DNA of 64,000 nucleotides from a virus: IMG/VR virus record IMGVR_UViG_3300017593_000402, positions 32,001 to 96,000 of that record; one strand, 5' to 3'. Shown piece by piece: positions 7,213 to 16,055 of this stretch (position 1 is its first letter; each line of letters starts with the position of its first letter). The notes under the pieces were generated by a model. It saw only the letters and a program-made list of their open reading frames with translations, ran no database searches and was not told where the DNA came from. The position numbers and the translations under genes were made by a program.

Positions 7213-10200
7213 GTGGAGAGACAACTTGAGAAGAAGGAGAAGGAACAACAGGTTAAGGAGCGATTAGTTGGAGAGACTTCGATCACTGCAGGAACTTTCG
7301 CAAGTTTGGTTACTTCTCTTTCCGCCTCGCAACTCCGTCAAATCTATAAAGAGACTAATGTTGTGAGGCGGTGTGTTGACCATATTGCGAGTTCTGTTGC
7401 GGACCTTCCGCGAGAGTATGATGTAAAGTTTGGTTTGAAGAAAAGTGAAGTAATCGATCTTATTTTTGTGCGCGAGACTATAACTGGAGAGACTTTTCGA
7501 GATGTGTTAATCGCTTTGACAGTGGATTTGTTGGTGTTGAACAAAGGTGTGTTAGTACCTTTGAAGACATTTGGCGGAAGGTTAACCGGATTTACGGCAC
7601 GCGATGCAGCCACTTTTTCTCCAGTGTATGAGAAAGACGGCAGGCTTCGTGGGTTCATTCAACAAGTCGGCTTGGGTAAGGTGTATAAGTTTCGCCCAGA
7701 TGAGTTAGTGTACATTCAACTTATTCCTAAAACTTACACTGCTACTGGAGGGTCTATCTTAGAGTCTCTTACTTATGAAGTTACGAGCTTGTTAAAGAAC
7801 TTAGTGAAAAGCGATCCTGAATCTAGGAAGCCTATCGGGACATTTATTTTTCCGGAGAGTTTGGACGAGGCAGTTGTTAATAGGTTTCAAGAGGACTTAA
7901 CCTCGTTAGTATCTGGAGGTAAAGTGAAAATCCCCGTGGTATGGGGCGCTGGTAAAGGGGAGTGGATCGAGTTGGTTAAACAATTTGACATTCAGATGGT
8001 TGCTACGTTCTTGGATCGCTTAGATTGGCTAGTTCGGAGCGCTTTTGGATTTGTGCCTCCTGGAAGTAGTTTACTTCAGTCACGACCTAACGAAGATTTG
8101 ATGTATTCTACCTTAGTCCCTGTGGTTGCTCGGGCGATCCAGAATCGACTGAATCGGTTTCTTAAACCTTATGGAGTTACTTTTAGTTTTAAGATTCCTC
8201 CTGCACACTCGTTGCAACGTATTATTGAAGGGACTAAGTCAGGGTTGATCTCACCTAATGAGGCCCGTCAGTTTATGTACTTACCACCGGTTAAAGGCGG
8301 CGATCAGTTGTCAGTTATGCAGCCTCAAGGTTTAACTCCTGTAGGGAAGAGTGGGCAACAATCTCCTGTGGTACCTCTCTCGGACGCTAAACAAGATACA
8401 GATATTACTCGCTCGCTTTCTATAGAAGAAGTGAAACAGCTTAGGAATCTCTCTCTTTTGTCCGATGAGAAGGTAGCACGGTTTGTTCTTAGGAGAATTA
8501 AGTTGCTGAAATCGATGCAAGAGGAGTTAAGAGAGGCAGTTCTGGATTATCGTTCTTCTTTTGAAGAGAAGGTGATGTTGCGTCAGGATACCCCTGCTTT
8601 ACCTTCTTATGTGCCTTTCTTACTACGAGTAGAAGGGATCATTGATAATTATGAGGCCCAGTCGATTGCGCTGGGTTATGAACGCGTGCTCCAGTTTTGG
8701 AACAGACGCGAGTTCGATAAGGATCTGATTGACGCTGAGATTGCTGAACACGATCGACGACTTCGTCGAGAGTCTATTCGGAGTTGGAAAGAGCGTTTAG
8801 ATTCTATTCACAATGAAGCAAAAAGAGGTGAGTGGGATCAAGTTAAAAAAGATCTTGACAATTTTATACGCGCGATTATTGCCGCCGCAGGGTTTGTCAC
8901 TTTGTTTGCGAATCTCCCTCTTGTACTTGTGTCTAAGTTTTTTGAGGAGACACAAGGAGTGCTCTTACGCTGGGTGGGCATATCTGATGATGTTACATGT
9001 TATGATGAAGCAACTAAAGTGTTGACGGATCGGGGGTGGAAGTTCTTTAAGGATTTGGATGGTACGGAGAGGTTGTTGAGTATTAACCCTGATGATTTGA
9101 CTCAGGTTGAGTGGCTTAAACCTGTTGCCTATCAGACGTTTGAGTACGATGGTGAGATGATTCATTTCGAGGGCTATCAAACGGATCTACTCGTGACACC
9201 TGATCATCAGTGTTTTGTGTATGATAATGGAAGACTTCGGAAAGTTCGCGCAGGAGAGCTGACTCAATTTGCGAAGGTTTCTTTCTACCATGGTGTTCCC
9301 GTCGATGTTGCTGACGTGTCTAGTATTTCCTGTAGTGAAGCAGAAGTTCGCCTTTCTTACTACAAGGGGAAGGTCTACGACGTGACTCTTCCTAAATGGC
9401 ACACTCTTTACATCATGCGCAATGGGAAGTGTATGTGGAGTGGTAATTGCGAAGACTGTGCAGCTCTTCAAGGGCGCGTTTTTAAACCATCCACGCTTGA
9501 ACTGCTTCAAACTTGGCCCGGTTATGGTGTGCGTTGTGGCCATAACTGTAGGTGTGCCCTTGAACCTGTTTCTAATATTACGCAAGCAAGTGTTAACGAG
9601 TGGATCGGTAAAGTTATCAAGTTTAGGAATTTGCACGTCCCTCTAAAGGAAGCAGCGCTTGTTTATTCTGACGTAATCGAACATATCGATAAGAAGATCG
9701 CAGAAGCTCTCAAAAAGAACCCTCACTTACGGGAGCCTTCGTACGTTGCTTTATTTAAGGAAATCCGATTGCGCGAGACTTTAACCCAACCTAAATACGA
9801 TGCTATACGAAATATACTCGAAATCCCCGCCTCTTTTACTGAGGAGCAGATTCGTTCAGCTTTTGTCGATGCAGTCGCCCTGAACGTCCTGTTACGTCAG
9901 AACTTTCAGTATCCTAGCTCACCTTTCGTCTCTGAGATAATGTCTATAATGGAGCGGGCCAGGAAAGTGCTTTGGAACGAGCAATTAAGTAAGCTTTTAC
10001 CTTCAGAGTTGAAAGAGTCTTGGTTGGAAGGTGATTTCGCTCCTTTTGAGAAATTGTCACTTAAGCTGTTTGATATTCCAGTTAAGGCTTACTTTGATCC
10101 CAGAGAGTTTTTTACTTACATGTTCCGGGCGTCCATTTTTAGCCCTCATCGAGAGGATATAGTAGGGATGCCCGCTTTTCGAGAACTCCTGGCAACCCAT

Positions 10201-11481
10201 GTGTGGTCCCCAACTACTTATGAGAATTGGCTTAACCGTGTTTATAAGGCCCGTTCCGCCCCTTGGCGGGCCACGTTAACTCCTGATAGAGTACTTACTC
10301 GACTGGAATACGTTGACTCAGAGTTCCGTGATAGATTGGTAGAAATCCTTAAGAGTTATCCGATGTTACGAGTTCCATCTTTTTGGGATGGGTTGAAGGG
10401 AATTAAGTTGTCAGATGTATCTCGCTACGACGCGTCTTATAGTTTGGAGGGGACCTATGATGAGTTTGTGAAGTCCTTTGTTGGTTCTATCTTGACTACG
10501 GGGGATACATTTCAGTTCCTCCACGAGCTAGGCCATCATGTGTTTGAGCGTCATTTTACCGCGCGCTCTACACTAAGAGACGCGTTTGCTTATGTGTACC
10601 GTGAACGAGTTTTGATCCCGTTTTACGAGCAAGTTTTACCTTATTTGACTGAAAAGGAAGCTCAAAAGTTCATGGGGTACATGAACGAGATGCTTGATGC
10701 AAGTGAGAAGAGAACTCTTGGGAGCTTTTTCTTAGGGTCTCGAGACGTATTTAGAGAGGAAATTTTTAAGCCTATTTATCCTAAGTTACAAGAGGTGATG
10801 CGGAACTGGGCACTTCCGATGCGACTGTACTCATTACAGAGCATCGACGAATCCTTTGCCGAGTTGTTTGCCACTTATATACGTAACCCATCGGTGTTGT
10901 ACTTCAGTGACCCCGAGTTGTACTTGTTTATGGAATCGCTCTTGCAGAACCTTGCTGTACGTCCAGAAACTTTGATAAGTAAGCACCCTATGTGGAAACG
11001 TGTTTTTGAGGCCCTTTCACGTATAGGTTTAACACGGAGTCAGATAAAGCAACTTCTTCCGAACCTTCTGTGGGCACATATTAGAGAAGATGTTGGGTTT
11101 GAGGAGTTGATAGCGTTGTTCGAGAGCGCTGCTACTGCAGAGGGCGAAGACTTACGGAAGAAGATAAAAGATATTGTCGAGCGCTTTTTCAAAGCGCCTG
11201 AGAAGAAGAAAATGCCTAGTTCTGAGCCGAAACCCAAAGAGATTAGGAAGCCTCGTAAGGCACCTTCTCTTCCCGAAAAGACTCTAGTAACTCTAAAGGA
11301 TGTGCGCGAAGTTCTTGAGAAGACTTTGAAGCTCGAAGGTAGAGACTTAGAGGTTTTTATGGACAAGATTGTTTCGGTTGTAGCTGAAGGTAAGATGAGT
11401 ATGATTGATGTGTATGAGAAATTGACTTCTTTCAAGACTAAAAAGGAGGCTTTGAAGTGGCTAGCCGGTTTGAAGAAGTAA
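7213..11481 (+). CDS. Portal protein fused to a MuF (SPP1 gp7-like) domain with intein and C-terminal zincin metallopeptidase
   Basis: Portal motifs VVRRCVDHIASSVADLP and GLISPNEARQFMYLPPVKGGD; MuF DDVT[intein]CEDC...CGHNCRC; HELGH (10522-10536) and DESFAELF. Confidence 0.85.
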   Translation: MERQLEKKEKEQQVKERLVGETSITAGTFASLVTSLSASQLRQIYKETNVVRRCVDHIASSVADLPREYDVKFGLKKSEVIDLIFVRETITGETFRDVLIALTVDLLVLNKGVLVPLKTFGGRLTGFTARDAATFSPVYEKDGRLRGFIQQVGLGKVYKFRPDELVYIQLIPKTYTATGGSILESLTYEVTSLLKNLVKSDPESRKPIGTFIFPESLDEAVVNRFQEDLTSLVSGGKVKIPVVWGAGKGEWIELVKQFDIQMVATFLDRLDWLVRSAFGFVPPGSSLLQSRPNEDLMYSTLVPVVARAIQNRLNRFLKPYGVTFSFKIPPAHSLQRIIEGTKSGLISPNEARQFMYLPPVKGGDQLSVMQPQGLTPVGKSGQQSPVVPLSDAKQDTDITRSLSIEEVKQLRNLSLLSDEKVARFVLRRIKLLKSMQEELREAVLDYRSSFEEKVMLRQDTPALPSYVPFLLRVEGIIDNYEAQSIALGYERVLQFWNRREFDKDLIDAEIAEHDRRLRRESIRSWKERLDSIHNEAKRGEWDQVKKDLDNFIRAIIAAAGFVTLFANLPLVLVSKFFEETQGVLLRWVGISDDVTCYDEATKVLTDRGWKFFKDLDGTERLLSINPDDLTQVEWLKPVAYQTFEYDGEMIHFEGYQTDLLVTPDHQCFVYDNGRLRKVRAGELTQFAKVSFYHGVPVDVADVSSISCSEAEVRLSYYKGKVYDVTLPKWHTLYIMRNGKCMWSGNCEDCAALQGRVFKPSTLELLQTWPGYGVRCGHNCRCALEPVSNITQASVNEWIGKVIKFRNLHVPLKEAALVYSDVIEHIDKKIAEALKKNPHLREPSYVALFKEIRLRETLTQPKYDAIRNILEIPASFTEEQIRSAFVDAVALNVLLRQNFQYPSSPFVSEIMSIMERARKVLWNEQLSKLLPSELKESWLEGDFAPFEKLSLKLFDIPVKAYFDPREFFTYMFRASIFSPHREDIVGMPAFRELLATHVWSPTTYENWLNRVYKARSAPWRATLTPDRVLTRLEYVDSEFRDRLVEILKSYPMLRVPSFWDGLKGIKLSDVSRYDASYSLEGTYDEFVKSFVGSILTTGDTFQFLHELGHHVFERHFTARSTLRDAFAYVYRERVLIPFYEQVLPYLTEKEAQKFMGYMNEMLDASEKRTLGSFFLGSRDVFREEIFKPIYPKLQEVMRNWALPMRLYSLQSIDESFAELFATYIRNPSVLYFSDPELYLFMESLLQNLAVRPETLISKHPMWKRVFEALSRIGLTRSQIKQLLPNLLWAHIREDVGFEELIALFESAATAEGEDLRKKIKDIVERFFKAPEKKKMPSSEPKPKEIRKPRKAPSLPEKTLVTLKDVREVLEKTLKLEGRDLEVFMDKIVSVVAEGKMSMIDVYEKLTSFKTKKEALKWLAGLKK
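8998..9447 (+). mobile_element. Mini-intein (150 aa) in the MuF domain
   Basis: CYDEATKVLTDRGW...VTPDH...YKGKVYDVTLP...WSGN; +1 residue Cys. Confidence 0.9.
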
Positions 11482-12113
11482 AAACTGAATTGGGTTATAT
11501 CGTTGATAAGGAAGGTACCCTTGTAGGGACGTGGTTGTGGAAAGAAGGGAATATGACTGTGAGCACAAAGAACAAAGCTCTACAAGAGGTACTATCTCGA
11601 GGGGTACAGTTAGTAGAGCGTGTATTTGATCGAGGGGAGATTCAGCTTAGCTATTCCCCCCCAACAGTTCGAGTAGTAAAGTTTACCCCTGTTGAACTCA
11701 GTTCGATTCTTGCGCCTGATTTCTACTGTATTACAGCTGAGGAGCGAAAGAAAGGAGTATCTTTACCTGCTAATACTGGCAGACACTCTCGCACGTTTAA
11801 ACAAGTTCACCGGGGTTATGTCCTCGAACGATTAAAAGGGCGTGATATCACCATAGGAATTTGGTTTTATTCCCCGGGAGGAATTGTATGTCAGACTAAT
11901 AGCAGGACGTTTGATAGGGAGTTCCACGAGGTTAAAAAGAAGTTAACAAGGACAGTGTTTACACGGGATGGGGTAAGGGAGGTTCCTCTTCCATTTAACG
12001 AGGCTACTTATTTTGATGTTAACTTGAAACTTCCCTCACGGTATTTTCTGGTACCTAGTTGGGGAATTGAAACCTCAGAGAAGGAGAAGTTCGAGGATGT
12101 CAAAGAAACTTGA
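11457..12113 (+). CDS. Hypothetical protein with an internal two-fold repeat
   Basis: GYIVD..LVGTWLW..G vs GYVLE..TIGIWFY..G; overlaps the portal stop. Confidence 0.6.
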   Translation: MASRFEEVKTELGYIVDKEGTLVGTWLWKEGNMTVSTKNKALQEVLSRGVQLVERVFDRGEIQLSYSPPTVRVVKFTPVELSSILAPDFYCITAEERKKGVSLPANTGRHSRTFKQVHRGYVLERLKGRDITIGIWFYSPGGIVCQTNSRTFDREFHEVKKKLTRTVFTRDGVREVPLPFNEATYFDVNLKLPSRYFLVPSWGIETSEKEKFEDVKET

Positions 12114-12462
12114 AGATTTTCTTGATCACTCGTTAGACGATTTAGAGTCTCCTCCGGTCTTGGGGTTGGGTAAAGCTGCCTCTGAGGACTTACCTAAGCA
12201 GGAGGACATTCCATCTGAGGTTGGTTCGCCTGAACAGGAAGCGATTGATACAATTGCTGAGAGGATAATAGAAGAGTTACGCGGTAATGAAAGCATTAGG
12301 CCGAAGAATTGGAGTGACGTTCTCCGTGGTTTGGAATTAGTATTAAAGTTTAAGCATGAGTTACACGGCAAGCACAAGAAAGGAGAACAGGACCTCGCAT
12401 ACCAAGCTCTTCAGGAGTTTAAGGAAGTGGTAGATGCCTTCTCGAGATTTGAGTCAAAGTAA
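12097..12462 (+). CDS. Putative terminase small subunit
   Basis: Small helical acidic protein directly upstream of and overlapping TerL; positional call only. Confidence 0.45.
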   Translation: MSKKLEDFLDHSLDDLESPPVLGLGKAASEDLPKQEDIPSEVGSPEQEAIDTIAERIIEELRGNESIRPKNWSDVLRGLELVLKFKHELHGKHKKGEQDLAYQALQEFKEVVDAFSRFESK

Positions 12463-13879
12463 GTTCCACATTTCGTTAAAGAAGCTTCGTACTATTTGCC
12501 AAAATAGTTTCCTTCACTACTTGATCTTCGTTTTTGGGTTTCCAGTGTCGGCAATGCATCGAGAGTGGATTGACGCTCTTATGAAGTGTTCTCGAGTTGT
12601 GATTGCTGCTCCTCGGGCCCACTCTAAAACTACCATAGTTTCTATTGCGTATTCGACGTGGTTGATTGGGCGTAACCCCAATATAAGGATTAAGATCATA
12701 ACTAACTCTATTGACAAGGGTAGAGAGATTTTAGCCGCAGTTTCGAGTACTCTTCTTTTTAATAAAAGGTACCAGTTTGTTTTTCCTGAGATTAGACCCG
12801 CAAAGACACGTTATTGGACGAAGGATAGATTGTATGTGGAGCGTTCTTTGGTTCTTCGTGATCCTACGATCGAAGCAAGAAGTGTTCTATCTACAGGGGC
12901 CGGAGGTAGGTCAGATGTGATAATTGGAGATGACATGGTTGATAATTTGAACTGCGTTACTGAAGGTTTGCGGAGAAAAGTAAAGGAAGCTTTCTATGAT
13001 ACTTGGATGAATACTCTCGAACCACAAGGGAACCAAGCGGTAGTTGTTGGTACTATTTGGCATGAAGACGATCTGCTCTCTGAATTGCTCAGGAATAAAG
13101 ACTGGGAGTTTCGTAAAGTTTGGGCGATAAATGATAACTTTGACCCTCTATGGCCCCAAGTGTGGTCGCGAGAGAAGCTTTATAAGAAGTGGAAGGAAAA
13201 CCCTTTGGCTTTCGATAAAGGCTTTCGCCATCGTCCAACACGTGTAGATACTGCTCTTTTCCCGCCATCTTCATTTAAACAACGGTCTGATTGGCCTCTT
13301 TCTCCAGGGTCTAATCCTCCTGAGTATAACGATGTGGATCCTTCTCTTATCAAGTGTTACTTTGGGGTGGATATTTCAGCTGGACATGGAGATGATTTTT
13401 CGGTGATTTTTGTGGTGCGGGTGAATGCTGAAACTCTAATTCGGTGGCCTGTTGAAATAGCTCGGTTGAAGCAACCAGCTCCTGATGTGACCCGCAAGCT
13501 CATTCGGATGTACAAGCAGTACCAACCCGAAGTGATTATGATTGAGTCAAACGCTACTCAGTCTATGATGCAAGATTGGATTTCTGAAGTAAGTAAATTA
13601 CCTCTAAAACCGTATTACACAGGCGTTCAAAAGCACTTGATTTCGGTAGGGATCCCTTCTCTTAGAGTGGAACTTGATAATAATATGTGGATGATCCCTT
13701 CTTGGGATCACCCTCTTGAGTGTAGTTGTTCTTGGTGCCAATGGAAAAGAGAGGTACTGTCGTATCCTTATAGTAAGAAAGACGACACTGTTTTTGCTTG
13801 GTGGTTTAGTCGTGAAGCAATTAGGCTTTTCCTAGAAGGAAAGCGAGTAGGCCGCGGATATGCTGTCGTAGAACTCTGA
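12434..13879 (+). CDS. terL: Terminase large subunit
   Basis: Walker A APRAHSKTT, Walker B DVIIGDD, VGTIWHEDDL, nuclease GVDIS and DDTVFA. Confidence 0.92.
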   Translation: MPSRDLSQSKFHISLKKLRTICQNSFLHYLIFVFGFPVSAMHREWIDALMKCSRVVIAAPRAHSKTTIVSIAYSTWLIGRNPNIRIKIITNSIDKGREILAAVSSTLLFNKRYQFVFPEIRPAKTRYWTKDRLYVERSLVLRDPTIEARSVLSTGAGGRSDVIIGDDMVDNLNCVTEGLRRKVKEAFYDTWMNTLEPQGNQAVVVGTIWHEDDLLSELLRNKDWEFRKVWAINDNFDPLWPQVWSREKLYKKWKENPLAFDKGFRHRPTRVDTALFPPSSFKQRSDWPLSPGSNPPEYNDVDPSLIKCYFGVDISAGHGDDFSVIFVVRVNAETLIRWPVEIARLKQPAPDVTRKLIRMYKQYQPEVIMIESNATQSMMQDWISEVSKLPLKPYYTGVQKHLISVGIPSLRVELDNNMWMIPSWDHPLECSCSWCQWKREVLSYPYSKKDDTVFAWWFSREAIRLFLEGKRVGRGYAVVEL

Positions 13880-13883
13880 CGTC

Positions 13884-13913
13884 TTGCACTTTTCTGTGTT
13901 ATCCTAGTAAGCT
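13884..13913 (+). promoter_or_regulatory. Possible sigma70-like promoter
   Basis: TTGCAC-18 bp-TAAGCT; same -35 hexamer as at 7144. Confidence 0.35.
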
Positions 13914-13941
13914 TTTCTTAAGATGTTAGGGGGATTAAGGT

Positions 13942-14832
13942 GTGGGAGAGAATATCTCGGTAACTTCCTATACTTTTAAGAAGTACCTCAGCCCTTTTTT
14001 AGTTTGGTGTGAAGGTAAATTCGACTACATTCTTCACGTTCATTGGGCTAGCGTCCTCCACGGAGACTTGCGAATGGGTTACTGTGGCGACCCCAATAAC
14101 GTGATTGGAGTTACCTTGTTCATTTACAAGCAAGGTGCTGTCAAACGCCGCCCCAATGGACCGAAGGGTTGGACAGAGTTCTTGAAAGTTGTTCGAGACC
14201 CTAAGAACTTCAAACTAAACTTCAAAACAGGAGAAATTCAGGGCCAGCGCAGCTTAGCGGCAACTGTTAAGTTACCGGAAGCTAAGGCATGGATGAGAGT
14301 GAAAAAGTACATCTCTCCTCCAGGCACTATTGGCGCTCGAGTTTTGCGCAAATGGTGGTCCTATATGACGATTGTTGATAAAGGTAAAGTGGAACATTTA
14401 ACTCGGAAACTGGACGAGTTTGAGTTTTACTTTACTGAGGGTAAGGCTTTTAGAGGACGGTACATTCTTCGACCTTTTGGTAAGAACTTTACCTTCTTTA
14501 CTGCCAGTGCCCGACCCGTACTTGTTGGGACGACCCAGAAGCTGGAAGAGGGTAAGGAAATTAGTGGTTTTCTTTGGATTAAAGCAAAGAACCAGACCCC
14601 GTATGTTCTTTCTACACGAGCTGTAAAGAAACGATTTATTTCCCCTGTGCATTTTAGTGGGCTGCCCCAGGCACTGAAGGAGAGAATTCCAAGAGCTTTT
14701 CAGTATTGGACTATAGAGTCAAAAGCGAAACGTTTAAAGGTGCGGGATAGTTTGGTGTTAGCTCTGAAGAGCCAGAGACAGTATCAGTACTTGGAAGAGG
14801 GGGCTTGGCATAAGGTCAGTTTGAAAGTGTGA
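13942..14832 (+). CDS. LigD 3'-phosphoesterase (PE)-like domain protein
   Basis: YILHVHWASVLHGDLRMG = H-x5-H-x-D-x-R; later PPGTIGA, IVDKG and EFYFTEGKAFRGRYILR follow the PE layout. Confidence 0.6.
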   Translation: MGENISVTSYTFKKYLSPFLVWCEGKFDYILHVHWASVLHGDLRMGYCGDPNNVIGVTLFIYKQGAVKRRPNGPKGWTEFLKVVRDPKNFKLNFKTGEIQGQRSLAATVKLPEAKAWMRVKKYISPPGTIGARVLRKWWSYMTIVDKGKVEHLTRKLDEFEFYFTEGKAFRGRYILRPFGKNFTFFTASARPVLVGTTQKLEEGKEISGFLWIKAKNQTPYVLSTRAVKKRFISPVHFSGLPQALKERIPRAFQYWTIESKAKRLKVRDSLVLALKSQRQYQYLEEGAWHKVSLKV

Positions 14833-14909
14833 CCGTGGACCCCTTGCCCAAATTTAGGTTCCCTGTGACTTTATTATGGAAAAAATTTGGAACAGGAAGG
14901 AGGTGCAAG

Positions 14910-16055
14910 ATGAGGTTTGAGAACGGCTTGTTTCAGTTAAATCCAGAATTCATTCGCGCTCCAGCTGAGGTTTCCGAGAAGATTGCTAATCCGGGGGAGT
15001 TGGTGATCGCAGGTTATGCTACAACTTATGATAAAGGTTTGGATAATGCTGTCATATCTAGGAAGGCATTGTCTAACGCTGCTGAGGACCTGAAGAAGAG
15101 AAGCACAGTGTTGTTCAATCATGATCAAAATCGCCCTATTGGCCGCATTCATGAGGTGAAGTTGGATAATAAGGGGTTGTTTACAATTGCTGTAATTGAT
15201 AAGACAGAGCAAGAGATTCAGGAGAAGATCAAATCAGGAACGTTGAACAAGTTCTCGATCCGCGGACGGATTTTAGCTTCTCATGAAGAGTGGGATGAGA
15301 ATACTGGAAGGTCCACGTCAGTTGTTGATAACTTGAAGTTGCTTGAGGTATCTGTTGTTTCCGTACCTGCTGTTGATGAAGCAGAGATTCAATCGTGGTA
15401 TGTACAAAGGAGTGCGAGCGATAATGACTTCGTCCCCTTACAAAGGGATGTTAATTCAGAACAAGGAGGTGACAAAATGAGTGATAAGGAAATGAAAGAG
15501 CTAGAGGAGCAGGAGCTTGAGGAGAAGGAAGAGGAAGCTCTTGAAGAAGAGGAAGGAACTGAGGAGTTGATTGAGGCAGTGGAATCCAGTCAGCTTGAAC
15601 TGTTACTAGACCTTGATGAGCGTGTTTCTGCGTTGGTTGAGCGGGCGGACGAACTTCTTAAGGCCGCGAATTTAGATGCTGTTATGAAGAAGTTGGATGA
15701 GGCGATGGAGATGCTTAAGAAGATTTTGGACAAGTTGGAAAAATATCCTTACCCCTATCCTTATCCCTACCCTGCAAAAAAGTCTGCAGAGATTGAAGAG
15801 AGTGTAGAGGAGCTCGATCTTGAAGAGAATGCGGAGGAGCCGATGCAAGAAGTGCTCGAAAGTGTTCGGGCTCTTACTGATGAAGTTAAGGAGTTGAAGG
15901 AAACTGTAGTTGTTCGTGGCGAGAGGTCTGAAGAGGCTCCCGAGGATGCAATCCGGCAGTTTCTCGAGTCGGAAGAGTACAAAAACGCAGATCCTTCTGA
16001 GAAGATGAGGATGCTGTGGGATTTCACAGAAAAGTATAAAGGAGGTGAAAAGTAA
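14910..16055 (+). CDS. HK97-type prohead protease fused to an acidic scaffold
   Basis: RBS GGAGG before ATG 14910; IAGYATTY, VLFNHD..RPIG, FSIRG, LLEVSVVSVPA; Glu-rich coiled-coil C-half. Confidence 0.9.
   Translation: MRFENGLFQLNPEFIRAPAEVSEKIANPGELVIAGYATTYDKGLDNAVISRKALSNAAEDLKKRSTVLFNHDQNRPIGRIHEVKLDNKGLFTIAVIDKTEQEIQEKIKSGTLNKFSIRGRILASHEEWDENTGRSTSVVDNLKLLEVSVVSVPAVDEAEIQSWYVQRSASDNDFVPLQRDVNSEQGGDKMSDKEMKELEEQELEEKEEEALEEEEGTEELIEAVESSQLELLLDLDERVSALVERADELLKAANLDAVMKKLDEAMEMLKKILDKLEKYPYPYPYPYPAKKSAEIEESVEELDLEENAEEPMQEVLESVRALTDEVKELKETVVVRGERSEEAPEDAIRQFLESEEYKNADPSEKMRMLWDFTEKYKGGEK
15477..16055 (+). CDS. Nested in-frame scaffold protein (internal start)
   Basis: AAGGAGGTG-6 nt-ATG in frame at the start of the acidic domain, as with lambda C/Nu3. 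Confidence 0.65.
   Translation: MSDKEMKELEEQELEEKEEEALEEEEGTEELIEAVESSQLELLLDLDERVSALVERADELLKAANLDAVMKKLDEAMEMLKKILDKLEKYPYPYPYPYPAKKSAEIEESVEELDLEENAEEPMQEVLESVRALTDEVKELKETVVVRGERSEEAPEDAIRQFLESEEYKNADPSEKMRMLWDFTEKYKGGEK
15744..15773 (+). repeat. (Tyr-Pro)5 repeat in the scaffold
   Basis: TAT CCT TAC CCC TAT CCT TAT CCC TAC CCT; synonymous codons vary. Confidence 0.9.

Noticed and set aside
7135-7248. Long start of the reverse ORF 6343..7248
   Set aside because: Overlaps the portal start and promoter; the RBS supports ATG 7134
14829-14909. ORF-track start of the protease
   Set aside because: The strong RBS lies before ATG 14910
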